From contig CAMDCZ010000021.1 of NCBI GenBank assembly GCA_945890735.1, positions 2,495 to 34,494 on the forward strand: a stretch of 32,000 nt of DNA, in the 5' to 3' direction. The first letter of the stretch is position 1. The number at the start of each line of letters is the position of its first letter. The notes under the pieces are model-generated. The model searched no databases, had not been told where the DNA came from, and worked only from the letters and a program-made list of their open reading frames with translations. The DNA comes from Bordetella parapertussis. GTDB taxonomy: Bacteria; Pseudomonadota; Gammaproteobacteria; Burkholderiales; Burkholderiaceae_C. Positions 18,165-26,934 of the stretch are shown piece after piece. Position numbers and translations under genes: made by a program.

Positions 18165-19208
18165 ATGTACACCCAGTCTTTCACCGTACCTGATGGCGCA
18201 TCCAAGCCCAACGAGCGGCAAACGGTCAGTGCCGTTCTCACACCAGCGCAGCAAGCCGTTTTGGAGGCTGCTCAAGTCAAATTCGATGCGGTGATTGATG
18301 CGGATGGCAAGATTGAGCCCAAGGATTGGATGCCCGAGGCTTACCGCAAAACCTTGGTTCGTCAAATCAGCCAGCATGCCCACAGTGAAATCGTCGGCAT
18401 GCTGCCAGAGGGCAACTGGATCAGCCGCGCGCCCAGTCTCAAACGCAAGGCCATTTTGATCGCCAAAGTGCAAGATGAGGGTGGACACGGTTTGTATTTG
18501 TACAGTGCTGCAGAGACCCTGGGCACCAGTCGCGACCAGATGCTCGACGCGCTGCACACCGGCAGAGCCAAATACAGTTCCATCTTCAACTACCCCACAC
18601 TCACTTGGGCAGACGTCGGGGTGATTGGCTGGTTGGTCGACGGCGCGGCCATCATGAACCAAATTCCTTTGTGTCGTTGCAGCTACGGGCCTTATGCCCG
18701 CGCCATGATTCGTGTCTGCAAGGAGGAGTCGTTCCACCAGCGGCAAGGCTACGAAGCCCTCTTGGCGATGATGAAAGGCACAGCTGCTCAACAGGCGATG
18801 GTGCAAGACGCTGTCAACCGCTGGTGGTGGAAATGTTTGGCCATGTTTGGTCCGCCTGACACCGACAGCCCCAACAGCGTGCAAGGCATGCGCTGGGGTA
18901 TCAAGCGCATCAGCAACGATGAATTGCGCCAGAAGTTTGTTGATGCAACGGTGCCACAGGCCCAGATTTTGGGTGTGACTTTGCCCGACCCGGATTTGAA
19001 ATGGAATGCTGAGCGTGGGCACCATGACTACGGTCCGATTGACTGGGATGAATTTTGGGCAACCGTCAACGGTGACGGACCTTGCAACAAGGAGCGCTTG
19101 GCAACCCGCGTCAAAGCCCATGAGGACGGTCAATGGGTCCGCGATGCAGCCATGGTCTTTGCTCAAAAGCAGGCGCGCCGCCAATTGTCACAGCAGGATG
19201 CAGCATGA
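18165..19208 (+). CDS. paaA: 1,2-phenylacetyl-CoA epoxidase subunit A
   Basis: 347 aa of di-iron oxygenase type ([12 protein letters not shown]..., [24 protein letters not shown]). First gene of a paaABCDE set. Confidence 0.9.
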   Translation: MYTQSFTVPDGASKPNERQTVSAVLTPAQQAVLEAAQVKFDAVIDADGKIEPKDWMPEAYRKTLVRQISQHAHSEIVGMLPEGNWISRAPSLKRKAILIAKVQDEGGHGLYLYSAAETLGTSRDQMLDALHTGRAKYSSIFNYPTLTWADVGVIGWLVDGAAIMNQIPLCRCSYGPYARAMIRVCKEESFHQRQGYEALLAMMKGTAAQQAMVQDAVNRWWWKCLAMFGPPDTDSPNSVQGMRWGIKRISNDELRQKFVDATVPQAQILGVTLPDPDLKWNAERGHHDYGPIDWDEFWATVNGDGPCNKERLATRVKAHEDGQWVRDAAMVFAQKQARRQLSQQDAA

Positions 19209-19513
19209 CTACGCCTACCCAACCTGCCGCGATCCAAGCATGGCCTTTATGGGAGGTTTTTGTCCGCAGCAAGCAAGGCATTGAGCACAAGCACTGCGGC
19301 AGTTTGCATGCCGCTGACGCACAACAAGCCCTGCAAATGGCACGCGACGTCTACACCCGCCGTCAAGAGGGCGTGAGTATTTGGGTCATCCCTTCCGCAT
19401 CGATCACGGCCAGTGATCCGCAGGACAAAGACACCCTGTTTGAGCCAGCCCGTGACAAGGTTTACCGCCATCCTGGCTTTTTTGTGATACCGGACGAAGT
19501 GGGGCACATGTGA
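19205..19513 (+). CDS. paaB: 1,2-phenylacetyl-CoA epoxidase subunit B
   Basis: The ATG at 19205 overlaps the paaA stop (ATGA). 102 aa, with the [41 protein letters not shown] signature. Confidence 0.85.
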   Translation: MTTPTQPAAIQAWPLWEVFVRSKQGIEHKHCGSLHAADAQQALQMARDVYTRRQEGVSIWVIPSASITASDPQDKDTLFEPARDKVYRHPGFFVIPDEVGHM

Positions 19514-20307
19514 AAGTCGTGGCAACTGAGCCGGTGCTTGAATACATTTTGCATTTGGCTGACACTGCTTTGATTTTGGGGCAGCGCAATGCGGAGTGGT
19601 GTGGCCATGGACCCATCTTGGAAGAGGATTTGGCTTTGGCCAACAATGCGTTGGATCTGATCGGGCAAGCCAGACTGCTTTACCAACATGTGGCAAGTTG
19701 CCGTGCGGATGGGACGAGTGAAGACAGCCTGGCGTATTTTCGCGATGCCCAAGCATTTCGCAATGTCACCTTGGTTGAATTGCCTCACAACACTGCCCTG
19801 GCCCCCACCACGCGTCACGACCGAGACTATGCAGTGACCATTGCACGCAATTTTTTGTTTTCGACTTGGATGGTGCTGGTTTGGGAGCATTTGCAGTCTG
19901 CGCAAGATGAGCAGTTGGCGGCCATTGCAAGCAAGTCGCTCAAGGAGACCCGCTACCACGGCCAGCACGCAAGTGATTGGCTGGTTCGTTTTGGCGACGG
20001 TACCGATGAATCGCATGCCAAGGCGCAAGCGGCCATAGACCATTTGATGCCCTATACCCAAGAATTTTGGACTGAATATGAATGGTTATCGCTCGCCTAT
20101 CAAACATTGGGGGTGAAAGAGATGTCTGCATTAAAGACGGTGTGGCTCGACCGTGTGCAAACCTTGTTGAGCCAAGCCACGTTGCAAATGCCATCAGACA
20201 GCGGACATGTACCTCAAGGGAAAAACGGTGTGCACTCTGAACACCTGGGTTTTTTATTGGCTGAAATGCAGAGCTTGGCCCGGGCCCATCCCGACGCCCA
20301 GTGGTGA
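19510..20307 (+). CDS. paaC: 1,2-phenylacetyl-CoA epoxidase subunit C
   Basis: The GTG start overlaps the paaB stop. 265 aa, with LADTALILGQRNAEWCGHGPILEEDLALANNALDLIGQ typical of PaaC. Confidence 0.85.
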   Translation: MKVVATEPVLEYILHLADTALILGQRNAEWCGHGPILEEDLALANNALDLIGQARLLYQHVASCRADGTSEDSLAYFRDAQAFRNVTLVELPHNTALAPTTRHDRDYAVTIARNFLFSTWMVLVWEHLQSAQDEQLAAIASKSLKETRYHGQHASDWLVRFGDGTDESHAKAQAAIDHLMPYTQEFWTEYEWLSLAYQTLGVKEMSALKTVWLDRVQTLLSQATLQMPSDSGHVPQGKNGVHSEHLGFLLAEMQSLARAHPDAQW

Positions 20308-20323
20308 CTCTTGGGGTGTTGCC

Positions 20324-20878
20324 TTGACTGACACACGCTTGCCCGAAGGACCCTTGTCCTTGCCAAACCAAACCGACCCCCACCATGCGGTTTGGACCTT
20401 GCTTGAATCGGTATGTGATCCAGAAATTCCCGTGGTTTCATTGCGTGAAATGGGTGTGTTGCGAGCCATATCTGCGGATGCCCAGGGGTTGGCGGTGGTG
20501 ATCACGCCCACCTACAGCGGTTGCCCGGCCATGTCTCAAATCCATGATGATGTTGTCTTGGCATTGAAAGGCTCAGGCATCGATGGGCGTGTGGTGACGA
20601 AGTTGTCGCCGGCTTGGTCCAGTGACTGGATCACGGCTGAGGGCAAGGCCAAATTGAAAGCCTACGGCATCGCGCCTCCGCATGCCTGTGCCAGCGAGGC
20701 TGGCAGCCAGGTGGTGTTTATGAACAAACACCTCATGGCTCAGTCGGCAGTTGTGCAGTGCCCTCAATGCGAGTCTTTTAACACCACTGAAACATCCCGA
20801 TTCGGTTCCACTGCTTGCAAGGCCATGTTTCGTTGCTTGGATTGCTCAGAGCCTTTTGACTACTTCAAACCTTACTGA
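20324..20878 (+). CDS. paaD: phenylacetate-CoA oxygenase subunit D
   Basis: Motifs are DPEIPVVSLREMGVLR and the C-terminal CPQCES...CKAMFRCLDCSEPFDYFK. No in-frame ATG lies after the paaC stop, so I chose the TTG at 20324. The start is uncertain; the tracked ORF from 20207 overlaps paaC by 100 nt. Confidence 0.7.
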   Translation: MTDTRLPEGPLSLPNQTDPHHAVWTLLESVCDPEIPVVSLREMGVLRAISADAQGLAVVITPTYSGCPAMSQIHDDVVLALKGSGIDGRVVTKLSPAWSSDWITAEGKAKLKAYGIAPPHACASEAGSQVVFMNKHLMAQSAVVQCPQCESFNTTETSRFGSTACKAMFRCLDCSEPFDYFKPY

Positions 20879-20886
20879 GTCTCTTG

Positions 20887-21987
20887 ATGGCCACTTCGAC
20901 CTTGTTTCACCCATTGACTGTCACACGCCTGCGTCCCGAGGCAGGCGATGCGGTGGTGATGACTTTGCGCATTCCCCCCGCATTGCTTGAGACCTTTGAC
21001 TTTCAGCCGGGTCAATTCCTGACCATCAAGGCAAACGTGAACCAAGCAGAGCTTCGCCGTAGCTATTCGATTTGCAGCACACCCAGACAATTGAAAGCAC
21101 AGGGTGAATTGGAAGTGGGTATCCGCGTGATTCCAGGCGGTCTGTTTTCCAATTGGGTGGCCGATACCGTCAAGGTCAATGACGTGTTGTCTGTGATGGC
21201 GCCAGACGGGCGTTTTGTGTCTGAGCGCGCACATGCCCATCACCGCGTGGGCATAGCCGCTGGCTCTGGCATCACACCGATCTTGTCGATCATGCGTCAT
21301 GTCCTGGAGACCGAAGACAAAAGCCAATTCACACTGATATACGGTAACCGAAACATGGCTAGCGTGATGTTCAATGAAGTCTTGCAAGACCTCAAAGACC
21401 AATATCCAGATCGCGTGAGTTTGGTGCATGTCTTGTCTCGCCAAGCTCAAGAGGTTGAGTGGTTGATGGGGCGAATCGACGAGAAAAAGATCCAAACGCT
21501 CTTGCAAAGCTTGCTGCCAGTGCAAAGCATGGAAGAAGTCTTTGTCTGTGGCCCAGAGGCAATGATCGAAGCAACGGAACATGCCTTGACACAAGCAGGT
21601 GTTTCGTCTGATCGGATTCACAGTGAACGATTTGGGTCCACAGCCAATGGCTCACAGCAGCATCCCCCATCACCATCCAGCCAGGCGACTGCTCAAGACA
21701 GTGCGAAAACCGTGGCCGTCACGGTGGTGTTGGATGGCGTGGCTCACCCGTTTCGCATGTCGCCTAACGCACACATCCTGGACATGGCTTTGTCAGCTGG
21801 ATTGGACTTGCCTTATTCCTGCAAGGGTGGTGTTTGCTGCACCTGCAGAGCCAAGGTCATGCATGGGAGTGTGCGCATGGACAAAAATTTCACACTGGAG
21901 AAATGGGAAACTGACCAAGGCTTCGTTTTGTCTTGCCAAGCTATCCCCACCAGCGATCAGGTCACGCTCAGCTTTGACGAACGATAA
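20887..21987 (+). CDS. paaE: phenylacetyl-CoA epoxidase reductase subunit (FNR-like domain plus plant-type 2Fe-2S)
   Basis: RSYSICS is the FAD-binding RxYS motif, GIAAGSGITP is the NAD(P) site, and the C-terminal CKGGVCCTCRAKV is the ferredoxin cluster. The ATG at 20887 is used; the tracked ORF begins one codon earlier at a TTG. Confidence 0.9.
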   Translation: MATSTLFHPLTVTRLRPEAGDAVVMTLRIPPALLETFDFQPGQFLTIKANVNQAELRRSYSICSTPRQLKAQGELEVGIRVIPGGLFSNWVADTVKVNDVLSVMAPDGRFVSERAHAHHRVGIAAGSGITPILSIMRHVLETEDKSQFTLIYGNRNMASVMFNEVLQDLKDQYPDRVSLVHVLSRQAQEVEWLMGRIDEKKIQTLLQSLLPVQSMEEVFVCGPEAMIEATEHALTQAGVSSDRIHSERFGSTANGSQQHPPSPSSQATAQDSAKTVAVTVVLDGVAHPFRMSPNAHILDMALSAGLDLPYSCKGGVCCTCRAKVMHGSVRMDKNFTLEKWETDQGFVLSCQAIPTSDQVTLSFDER

Positions 21988-22008
21988 ACCTAACCACTCA
22001 TCACCATC

Positions 22009-24054
22009 ATGACCCCCATCATCCAAAGTTACATTGCTGGCCAATGGCTTGGCCAAACATCCGCTCAGTCGCTTCACAGTGCTTTGAATGGTCAAGCCAT
22101 TTCATCGACACATGCCGAAAGCATCGATTTTGAACAGGCTTTGCACTTTGCCAGAACCCAAGGCGTGCGCAATCTCATGGCGCTGGATTTTCAGCAACGT
22201 GCACAGCGACTCAAGGCACTCGCCAAATACCTGTTGGACCATAAGGAAACGCTTTATGCGATTTCAGCCTGGACCGGTGCGACCCGGGCTGACAGTTGGA
22301 TTGACATCGAGGGGGGTGCTGGCACCTTGTATGCCTATGCTGGTGTTGGTGCGAATGAGTTGCCTTCTGGCAATGTGATGCATGAGGGACCGGTGTTGGC
22401 TTTGGGCAAAAAAGGTGGATTTGCCGGCACCCATATTTTGGTGCCACGAGGTGGCGTGGCCGTTCACATCAATGCATTTAACTTTCCTGTTTGGGGTTTG
22501 CTGGAGAAATTCGCGCCCAGCTTCCTAGCGGGTATGCCTTGCATTGGTAAACCAGCCACTGCCACGAGCTACCTCACTGAAGCCGCTGTGCGGTTGATGG
22601 TGAATTCCGGCATCTTGCCTGAAGGCAGCTTGCAATTGGTGATTGGCTCTACCGGCGACTTGCTTGATCGATTGGATGGGAGCGATGTCTTGACTTTCAC
22701 AGGCTCGGCAGAGACAGCAGCCAAATTGCGCGTTCACCCCAACCTCGTGCGAAACAGCATTCCATTCAATGCTGAAGCCGATTCCCTCAATTGCTGTGTC
22801 TTGGGTCCTGATGTCACACCCGATGATCCTGAATTTGAGCTGTTCATCAAAGAGGTAGCCCGCGAAATCACCACCAAGGCTGGCCAAAAATGCACTGCGA
22901 TCCGCCGAGCCATTGTGCCGGCGAGGCTGATGGATTCAGTGTCTGAACAGTTGATCGCACGCTTGGCCAAAACCGTTGTGGGTGATCCCGCTGTCGAAGG
23001 CGTGCGCATGGGTGCCTTGGCCTCGCATGCACAGCGCGATGATGTGGCGGACAAAGTCAATCTCTTGAAGCAGCACGCCAAATTGCTGCTGGGCGGTTCC
23101 GCACCCAACGAGATCATTGGTGAAGGTGTTCACAGCGGCGCTTTTTATGCGCCAACCGTGTTGCTGTGCGACAAGCCCTTGCAAACACCTGCCGTGCATG
23201 ACGTTGAAGCGTTCGGACCCGTGAGTACCCTCATGCCGTATGGCGACATTGAAGAGGCATTGGCCATTGTCAAATTGGGCAAAGGCAGTTTGGTAGGCAG
23301 TTTGGTCACACATGACCCAGCTGTGGCCGTCAAGGTGGTTCACGCCGCCGCCGCTTGGCATGGCCGTTTGTTGGTGCTGGACCGTGATTCAGCCATCGAA
23401 TCAACTGGCCACGGCTCTCCACTGCCTTTGCTCAAACACGGTGGTCCTGGCCGTGCGGGTGGCGGTGAAGAATTGGGCGGCATTCGTGCGGTGACACATT
23501 TTTTGCAACGCGCTGCCATTCAGGGTTCACCGTCCATGCTTTCAGCCATCACTGGTGAACATGTGCGGGGCGCCAAGGTGAATGACACACCTGCACATCC
23601 ATTTCGCAGTTATTTTGAAGATTTGAAGATTGGCGACTCCTTGTTAACCCACAGACGTACCGTGACCGAAGCGGATGTGGTGAATTTCGGCGGCATCTCA
23701 GGGGATTATTTCTACATGCACTTTGACGAAGAAGCCGCCAAAGACTCCGCCTTCGGTAAACGCATCGCGCATGGGTACTTTGTGCTTTCAGCAGCTGCGG
23801 GTTTGTTCGTGTCCCCTGGCGTGGGACCTGTTTTGGCCAACTATGGCTTGGATACATTGCGTTTTATCAAACCTGTCGGTATTGGCGACACGATACAAGC
23901 GCGATTGACTGCCAAGCGTAAAACAGACCGCAACCGCCGTGATGAAAAGGGTGTGGGGCAGGGGGTAGTGGCTTGGGACGTGGAGGTCACCAACCAAATG
24001 GGTGAGCTGGTTGCAAGCTACGACATTTTGACCTTGGTCGCTAAACGAACTTGA
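22009..24054 (+). CDS. paaZ: bifunctional oxepin-CoA hydrolase / 3-oxo-5,6-dehydrosuberyl-CoA semialdehyde dehydrogenase
   Basis: 681 aa. An N-terminal aldehyde-dehydrogenase domain (FTGSAETAAKL, GQKCTAIRR) is fused to a C-terminal MaoC hot-dog hydratase domain (DYFYMHFDEEAAKDSAFGKRIAHGYF). Confidence 0.9.
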   Translation: MTPIIQSYIAGQWLGQTSAQSLHSALNGQAISSTHAESIDFEQALHFARTQGVRNLMALDFQQRAQRLKALAKYLLDHKETLYAISAWTGATRADSWIDIEGGAGTLYAYAGVGANELPSGNVMHEGPVLALGKKGGFAGTHILVPRGGVAVHINAFNFPVWGLLEKFAPSFLAGMPCIGKPATATSYLTEAAVRLMVNSGILPEGSLQLVIGSTGDLLDRLDGSDVLTFTGSAETAAKLRVHPNLVRNSIPFNAEADSLNCCVLGPDVTPDDPEFELFIKEVAREITTKAGQKCTAIRRAIVPARLMDSVSEQLIARLAKTVVGDPAVEGVRMGALASHAQRDDVADKVNLLKQHAKLLLGGSAPNEIIGEGVHSGAFYAPTVLLCDKPLQTPAVHDVEAFGPVSTLMPYGDIEEALAIVKLGKGSLVGSLVTHDPAVAVKVVHAAAAWHGRLLVLDRDSAIESTGHGSPLPLLKHGGPGRAGGGEELGGIRAVTHFLQRAAIQGSPSMLSAITGEHVRGAKVNDTPAHPFRSYFEDLKIGDSLLTHRRTVTEADVVNFGGISGDYFYMHFDEEAAKDSAFGKRIAHGYFVLSAAAGLFVSPGVGPVLANYGLDTLRFIKPVGIGDTIQARLTAKRKTDRNRRDEKGVGQGVVAWDVEVTNQMGELVASYDILTLVAKRT

Positions 24055-24088
24055 TGTCAATTCCCCTGGTTCGTGCACTGAGTCCCAT

Positions 24089-24104
24089 AACACTTTAAAG
24101 TGTT
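24089..24104. promoter_or_regulatory. perfect 16-bp palindrome abutting the start codon of the next gene
   Basis: aacactttaaagtgtt ends 3 nt before the ATG at 24108. A third cacttt copy at 24115..24120 could pair alternatively with aaagtg (24097..24102). Confidence 0.3.
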
Positions 24105-24107
24105 GCC

Positions 24108-25064
24108 ATGAAGCACTTTATTACCCTGTTTTTTTGTTTGGCGCATGGCTTGGGATTGACACAAGACATGCAGGGCTTGCCAGCCTGGGCCAAAGCGCAT
24201 CCCCAATGGTTGCAAAACAAGCCTGAGCTGGCTTATGTGGCCAATCGCTGCGCCAGCGCATTTGACTTGGTTGGCAACTATTTTGTTGCCAATGCTGTAC
24301 TCGATGAGCAAAGAAGAAGCGCCAACATCTTTCTCAATCACAGCGACATCTACATGCGGTTGGGCTATTTCCTCACGGTCAAACAAGGCACCAGTGAACC
24401 CGAGGCTTTAAGCAAGTACAACGCAATCAACGAAGTTTACAAACAGTGGATTGACCGTAATATACAGAGCAATACCCAAATCATGTTGGGCCCCTTGGGC
24501 GATGACGTTGAGTTGTGTTTGGCCAATTATTGGAATGCGCAAATGACTGTCAAGGAGCTGGAACAGGAATTTGCCAACAACGCTCCCAAGAAAAGTACAT
24601 CCGCGCCATCCGATCAAAAATTGGACATGGTCATGTTGCAGGCTGTGTGGTCATTTATCAAGGCTCAGACAGGTGGGCCAACAGACTTTCCCATGCCGCC
24701 ACTGGTCGTGGATGCATCTTTGCCAACAAATGCGCGCATGGTGTTTCAGTACCCTTCAGAAGACCAACCAGACAACCCATTGATGGTGAGTGTCTCCCCA
24801 CGCACCTTGACACAGTGGAGCCGGGCAATGGTGAGTTGGGCTGCAGGACATGAGTTGACCCACTATGCTTTTTTAATGCGTGACAACGGATGGGTGCGAC
24901 AAGCGAAATATGAAAACAAGACCAAGCACCATTGCAACCCGGACTTCATCAGACTGACCAGCGGTATTGCAGACTTGATTGCGGATGAGTTGACCCATAC
25001 GAAGGAGCGGCTTCGCATGTATTCTGAAGTGTTCAGAAGCTGTACACGGCACCCAGATCAGTGA
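24108..25064 (+). CDS. hypothetical secreted protein with a C-terminal HExxH motif (possible Zn-metallopeptidase)
   Basis: 318 aa with signal-like MKHFITLFFCLAHGLGL. It has a single HELTH (AAGHELTHYAF) near the C-terminus and an AT-rich codon style. I see no convincing Shine-Dalgarno sequence. Function is not assignable. Confidence 0.5.
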   Translation: MKHFITLFFCLAHGLGLTQDMQGLPAWAKAHPQWLQNKPELAYVANRCASAFDLVGNYFVANAVLDEQRRSANIFLNHSDIYMRLGYFLTVKQGTSEPEALSKYNAINEVYKQWIDRNIQSNTQIMLGPLGDDVELCLANYWNAQMTVKELEQEFANNAPKKSTSAPSDQKLDMVMLQAVWSFIKAQTGGPTDFPMPPLVVDASLPTNARMVFQYPSEDQPDNPLMVSVSPRTLTQWSRAMVSWAAGHELTHYAFLMRDNGWVRQAKYENKTKHHCNPDFIRLTSGIADLIADELTHTKERLRMYSEVFRSCTRHPDQ

Positions 25065-25081
25065 TGTGCCCCCCCAAAGAA

Positions 25082-25112
25082 AAAGCCCTTGATAAGGTAA
25101 ATCAAGGGCTTT
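25082..25112. terminator. bidirectional rho-independent terminator
   Basis: aaagcccttgat-aaggtaa-atcaagggcttt forms a 12-bp perfect stem. It is followed on + by ttggttt and on - by tttttcttt. It lies between the HExxH gene stop and the tRNA 3' end. Confidence 0.6.
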
Positions 25113-25116
25113 GGTT

Positions 25117-25193
25117 TGGTGGCGCTTCACGGATTCGAACCGCGGACCTGTGGATTATGATTCCATCGCTCTAACCGACTGAGCTAAAGCGCC
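25117..25193 (-). tRNA. tRNA with CAT anticodon (elongator Met, or Ile2 if lysidinylated)
   Basis: The reverse strand reads GGCGCTT-TA-GCTC-AGTCGGTT-AGAGC-G-ATGGA-ATCATAA-TCCAC-AGGTC-CGCGG-TTCGAAT-CCGTG-AAGCGCC-ACCA. It has a perfect 7-bp acceptor stem, canonical D and T arms, an encoded CCA, and no initiator hallmarks. Confidence 0.9.
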
Positions 25194-25265
25194 GAGCCAC
25201 AAATTATAGCGAGACTGCGGTGGGGGATTTGGGGCGAGCTTTACAGGTGTTTTGCCAGTGATTGG

Positions 25266-25282
25266 TGTCGTGAGAAACGACA
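25266..25282. promoter_or_regulatory. TGTCG-N7-CGACA palindrome, copy 1
   Basis: tgtcgtgagaaacgaca has 6-bp arms. It lies in the 248-nt leader upstream of the ATG at 25442. Confidence 0.4.
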
Positions 25283-25317
25283 GTTGCACAGCGTCTGTAA
25301 ATGGCTCGGTTGATTGA

Positions 25318-25334
25318 TGTCGGGTGAACCGACA
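25318..25334. promoter_or_regulatory. TGTCG-N7-CGACA palindrome, copy 2
   Basis: tgtcgggtgaaccgaca lies 52 nt centre-to-centre from copy 1, about 5 helical turns. It ends 108 nt before the ATG at 25442. Confidence 0.4.
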
Positions 25335-25441
25335 CTCCGGCTGCAGGGTAGCTGATTTCCTTTCTCAGGACATTAGCAGTACCTATTTCATTATCATGAT
25401 GGTTATTTCGAAAAAAACTGTTAGGCATTGAGAATCTTCAG

Positions 25442-26488
25442 ATGAACCGCTCTGGTGTTGTATTTGCATTATTGGCAGCATTCTTATTTGGTGCCAGTAC
25501 ACCCCTTGCCAAACTACTGATTGGCGACGTCCCGCCTGTGTTGCTAGGCGGCTTGCTCTACTTGGGGAGCGGTGTTGGTTTGAGTGTTTATAGACTTGTA
25601 CGTGACAAATCATGGCATGCATCGGGCATGCAGGCTGGCGAATGGAAATGGCTCGCAGGTGCCATATTCTTCGGGGGAGTGCTGGGACCAGTTGCCCTGA
25701 TGTATGGCTTGATCAGCACCTCGGGATCAACGGCTTCTTTAATGCTGAATTTGGAATCGGTGTTGACTGCAGTTATTGCTTGGGTCGTCTTCAAAGAAAA
25801 CGCAGACAAGCGTATCGTTTTGGGAATGTTGGCTATCGTATTGGGTGGTGTTGTACTTACATTTCAACCTGACACGAAAGAAAGTGGTTCTTCATTGTTG
25901 GGCTTGTCAGCCATTGCCTTGGCATGCACATGCTGGGCAATAGACAACAATTTGACACGAAAGGTATCCGCCTCAGACCCAGTGTTCATAGCCAGCACCA
26001 AAGGTTTATTGGCTGGTATTGTGAATTGCACCATCGCTTTATTGATGGGCATGCAATTCCCAGAAATCCAAACAACTGTGGTCGCAATGACGCTGGGTTT
26101 GTGTGGTTATGGCATCAGTCTGGTGTTATTTGTCCTGGCACTCAGAGGGCTAGGTGCTGCCAGGACAGGCGCTTACTTTTCTACAGCGCCATTCATTGGT
26201 TCAGCGGTGGCACTGGTGTTTATGGGTGAAAGTGCCAGTACTGCTTTTTGGTTAGCTTCAGTGCTAATGGGACTGGGGGTTTGGTTGCACATCTCAGAAG
26301 TTCATGAGCATGAACATACTCACGAAGTGCTTGAGCATTCACATGCACACTCACATGATGAGCACCATCAACATGATCATTCTGATGGCGAAGTGTTCAG
26401 CGACAACCATGTTCACTGGCACAGGCATACAGCACTGAAACACAAGCATCCTCATTACCCTGACATTCATCATCAGCATTCCCATTGA
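25442..26488 (+). CDS. DMT-superfamily (EamA-type) transporter with a poly-His C-terminal tail
   Basis: 348 aa with 10 TM segments in two EamA-like halves. The last 61 residues (HEHEHTHEVLEHSHAHSHDEHHQHDH...HKHPHYPDIHHQHSH) contain 23 His by my count. Confidence 0.8.
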   Translation: MNRSGVVFALLAAFLFGASTPLAKLLIGDVPPVLLGGLLYLGSGVGLSVYRLVRDKSWHASGMQAGEWKWLAGAIFFGGVLGPVALMYGLISTSGSTASLMLNLESVLTAVIAWVVFKENADKRIVLGMLAIVLGGVVLTFQPDTKESGSSLLGLSAIALACTCWAIDNNLTRKVSASDPVFIASTKGLLAGIVNCTIALLMGMQFPEIQTTVVAMTLGLCGYGISLVLFVLALRGLGAARTGAYFSTAPFIGSAVALVFMGESASTAFWLASVLMGLGVWLHISEVHEHEHTHEVLEHSHAHSHDEHHQHDHSDGEVFSDNHVHWHRHTALKHKHPHYPDIHHQHSH

Positions 26489-26510
26489 CTATCGTGCCAG
26501 GGAGTATTGG

Positions 26511-26879
26511 ATGAATTTACAATTAGCGATGATCAGAAAAACCCGAGCGATCTTTTCGTTGCTTTTGTGCTTGAATTTATTTGCCATCAGTCTGTATGGC
26601 TGCCTGATCAACTTTGCAGACAACTTGCATATGATGACGACCCACCAAGTTGCCATTGACCATCATCACCATGACTCATTTTCATTACATATCGATCATG
26701 ACGATGTCAATATGGTTCATCAACATACGGTTGATTATGTTCAAAATATCGCGGTGCTGGTTGATAACAACTTATCGACACCTCTCTTGAAAGTTAGCAG
26801 AGTTCATTTGCCTCAAATTGAACAACCTGCTTCTGCCCTTATCGAGGGTCCATTCAGACCCCCGCAATTGCCCGCTTGA
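26511..26879 (+). CDS. small membrane-anchored His-rich protein (CzcI/CopL/DUF2946-like layout)
   Basis: 122 aa with one N-terminal TM helix (AIFSLLLCLNLFAISLYGCL). His-rich stretches are IDHHHHDSFSLHIDHDDVNMVHQH, and the C-terminus is GPFRPPQLPA. A GGGAG Shine-Dalgarno lies about 7 nt upstream. The family resemblance is from memory. Confidence 0.45.
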   Translation: MNLQLAMIRKTRAIFSLLLCLNLFAISLYGCLINFADNLHMMTTHQVAIDHHHHDSFSLHIDHDDVNMVHQHTVDYVQNIAVLVDNNLSTPLLKVSRVHLPQIEQPASALIEGPFRPPQLPA

Positions 26880-26934
26880 TCTCGAGTCCAGATGAGCAAT
26901 TTGCCGTCTGTTTATTGATTTCAAAAGGGTCGTT

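Noticed and set aside
18132-19184. 350-aa ORF antisense to paaA, along with similar long antisense or out-of-frame ORFs. These are 537..1250, 2098..2982, 5622..6287, 7047..7748, 8050..8754, 8591..9214, 8922..9581, 11281..12012, 12994..13761, 14624..15493, 16337..16837, 19462..20061 and 20872..21621.
   Set aside because: Each lies entirely inside a gene whose product has clear family motifs on the other strand or frame. Their translations are Arg/Gly/His/Pro-rich low-information sequence typical of shadow ORFs in GC-rich DNA.
24061-24080. Possible degenerate copy of the tRNA 3' end (ctggttcgtgcac versus tggtggcgcttcac) just after paaZ, as an island boundary.
   Set aside because: The match is weak and gapped and does not differ from chance by eye. 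It needs a proper alignment.
25171-25184. Similarity between the tRNA D-arm region (taaccgactga) and the aaccgacact part of palindrome copies 2 and 3, as a possible att duplication.
   Set aside because: Only 7 nt are shared. This is too short to support an attachment-site interpretation.
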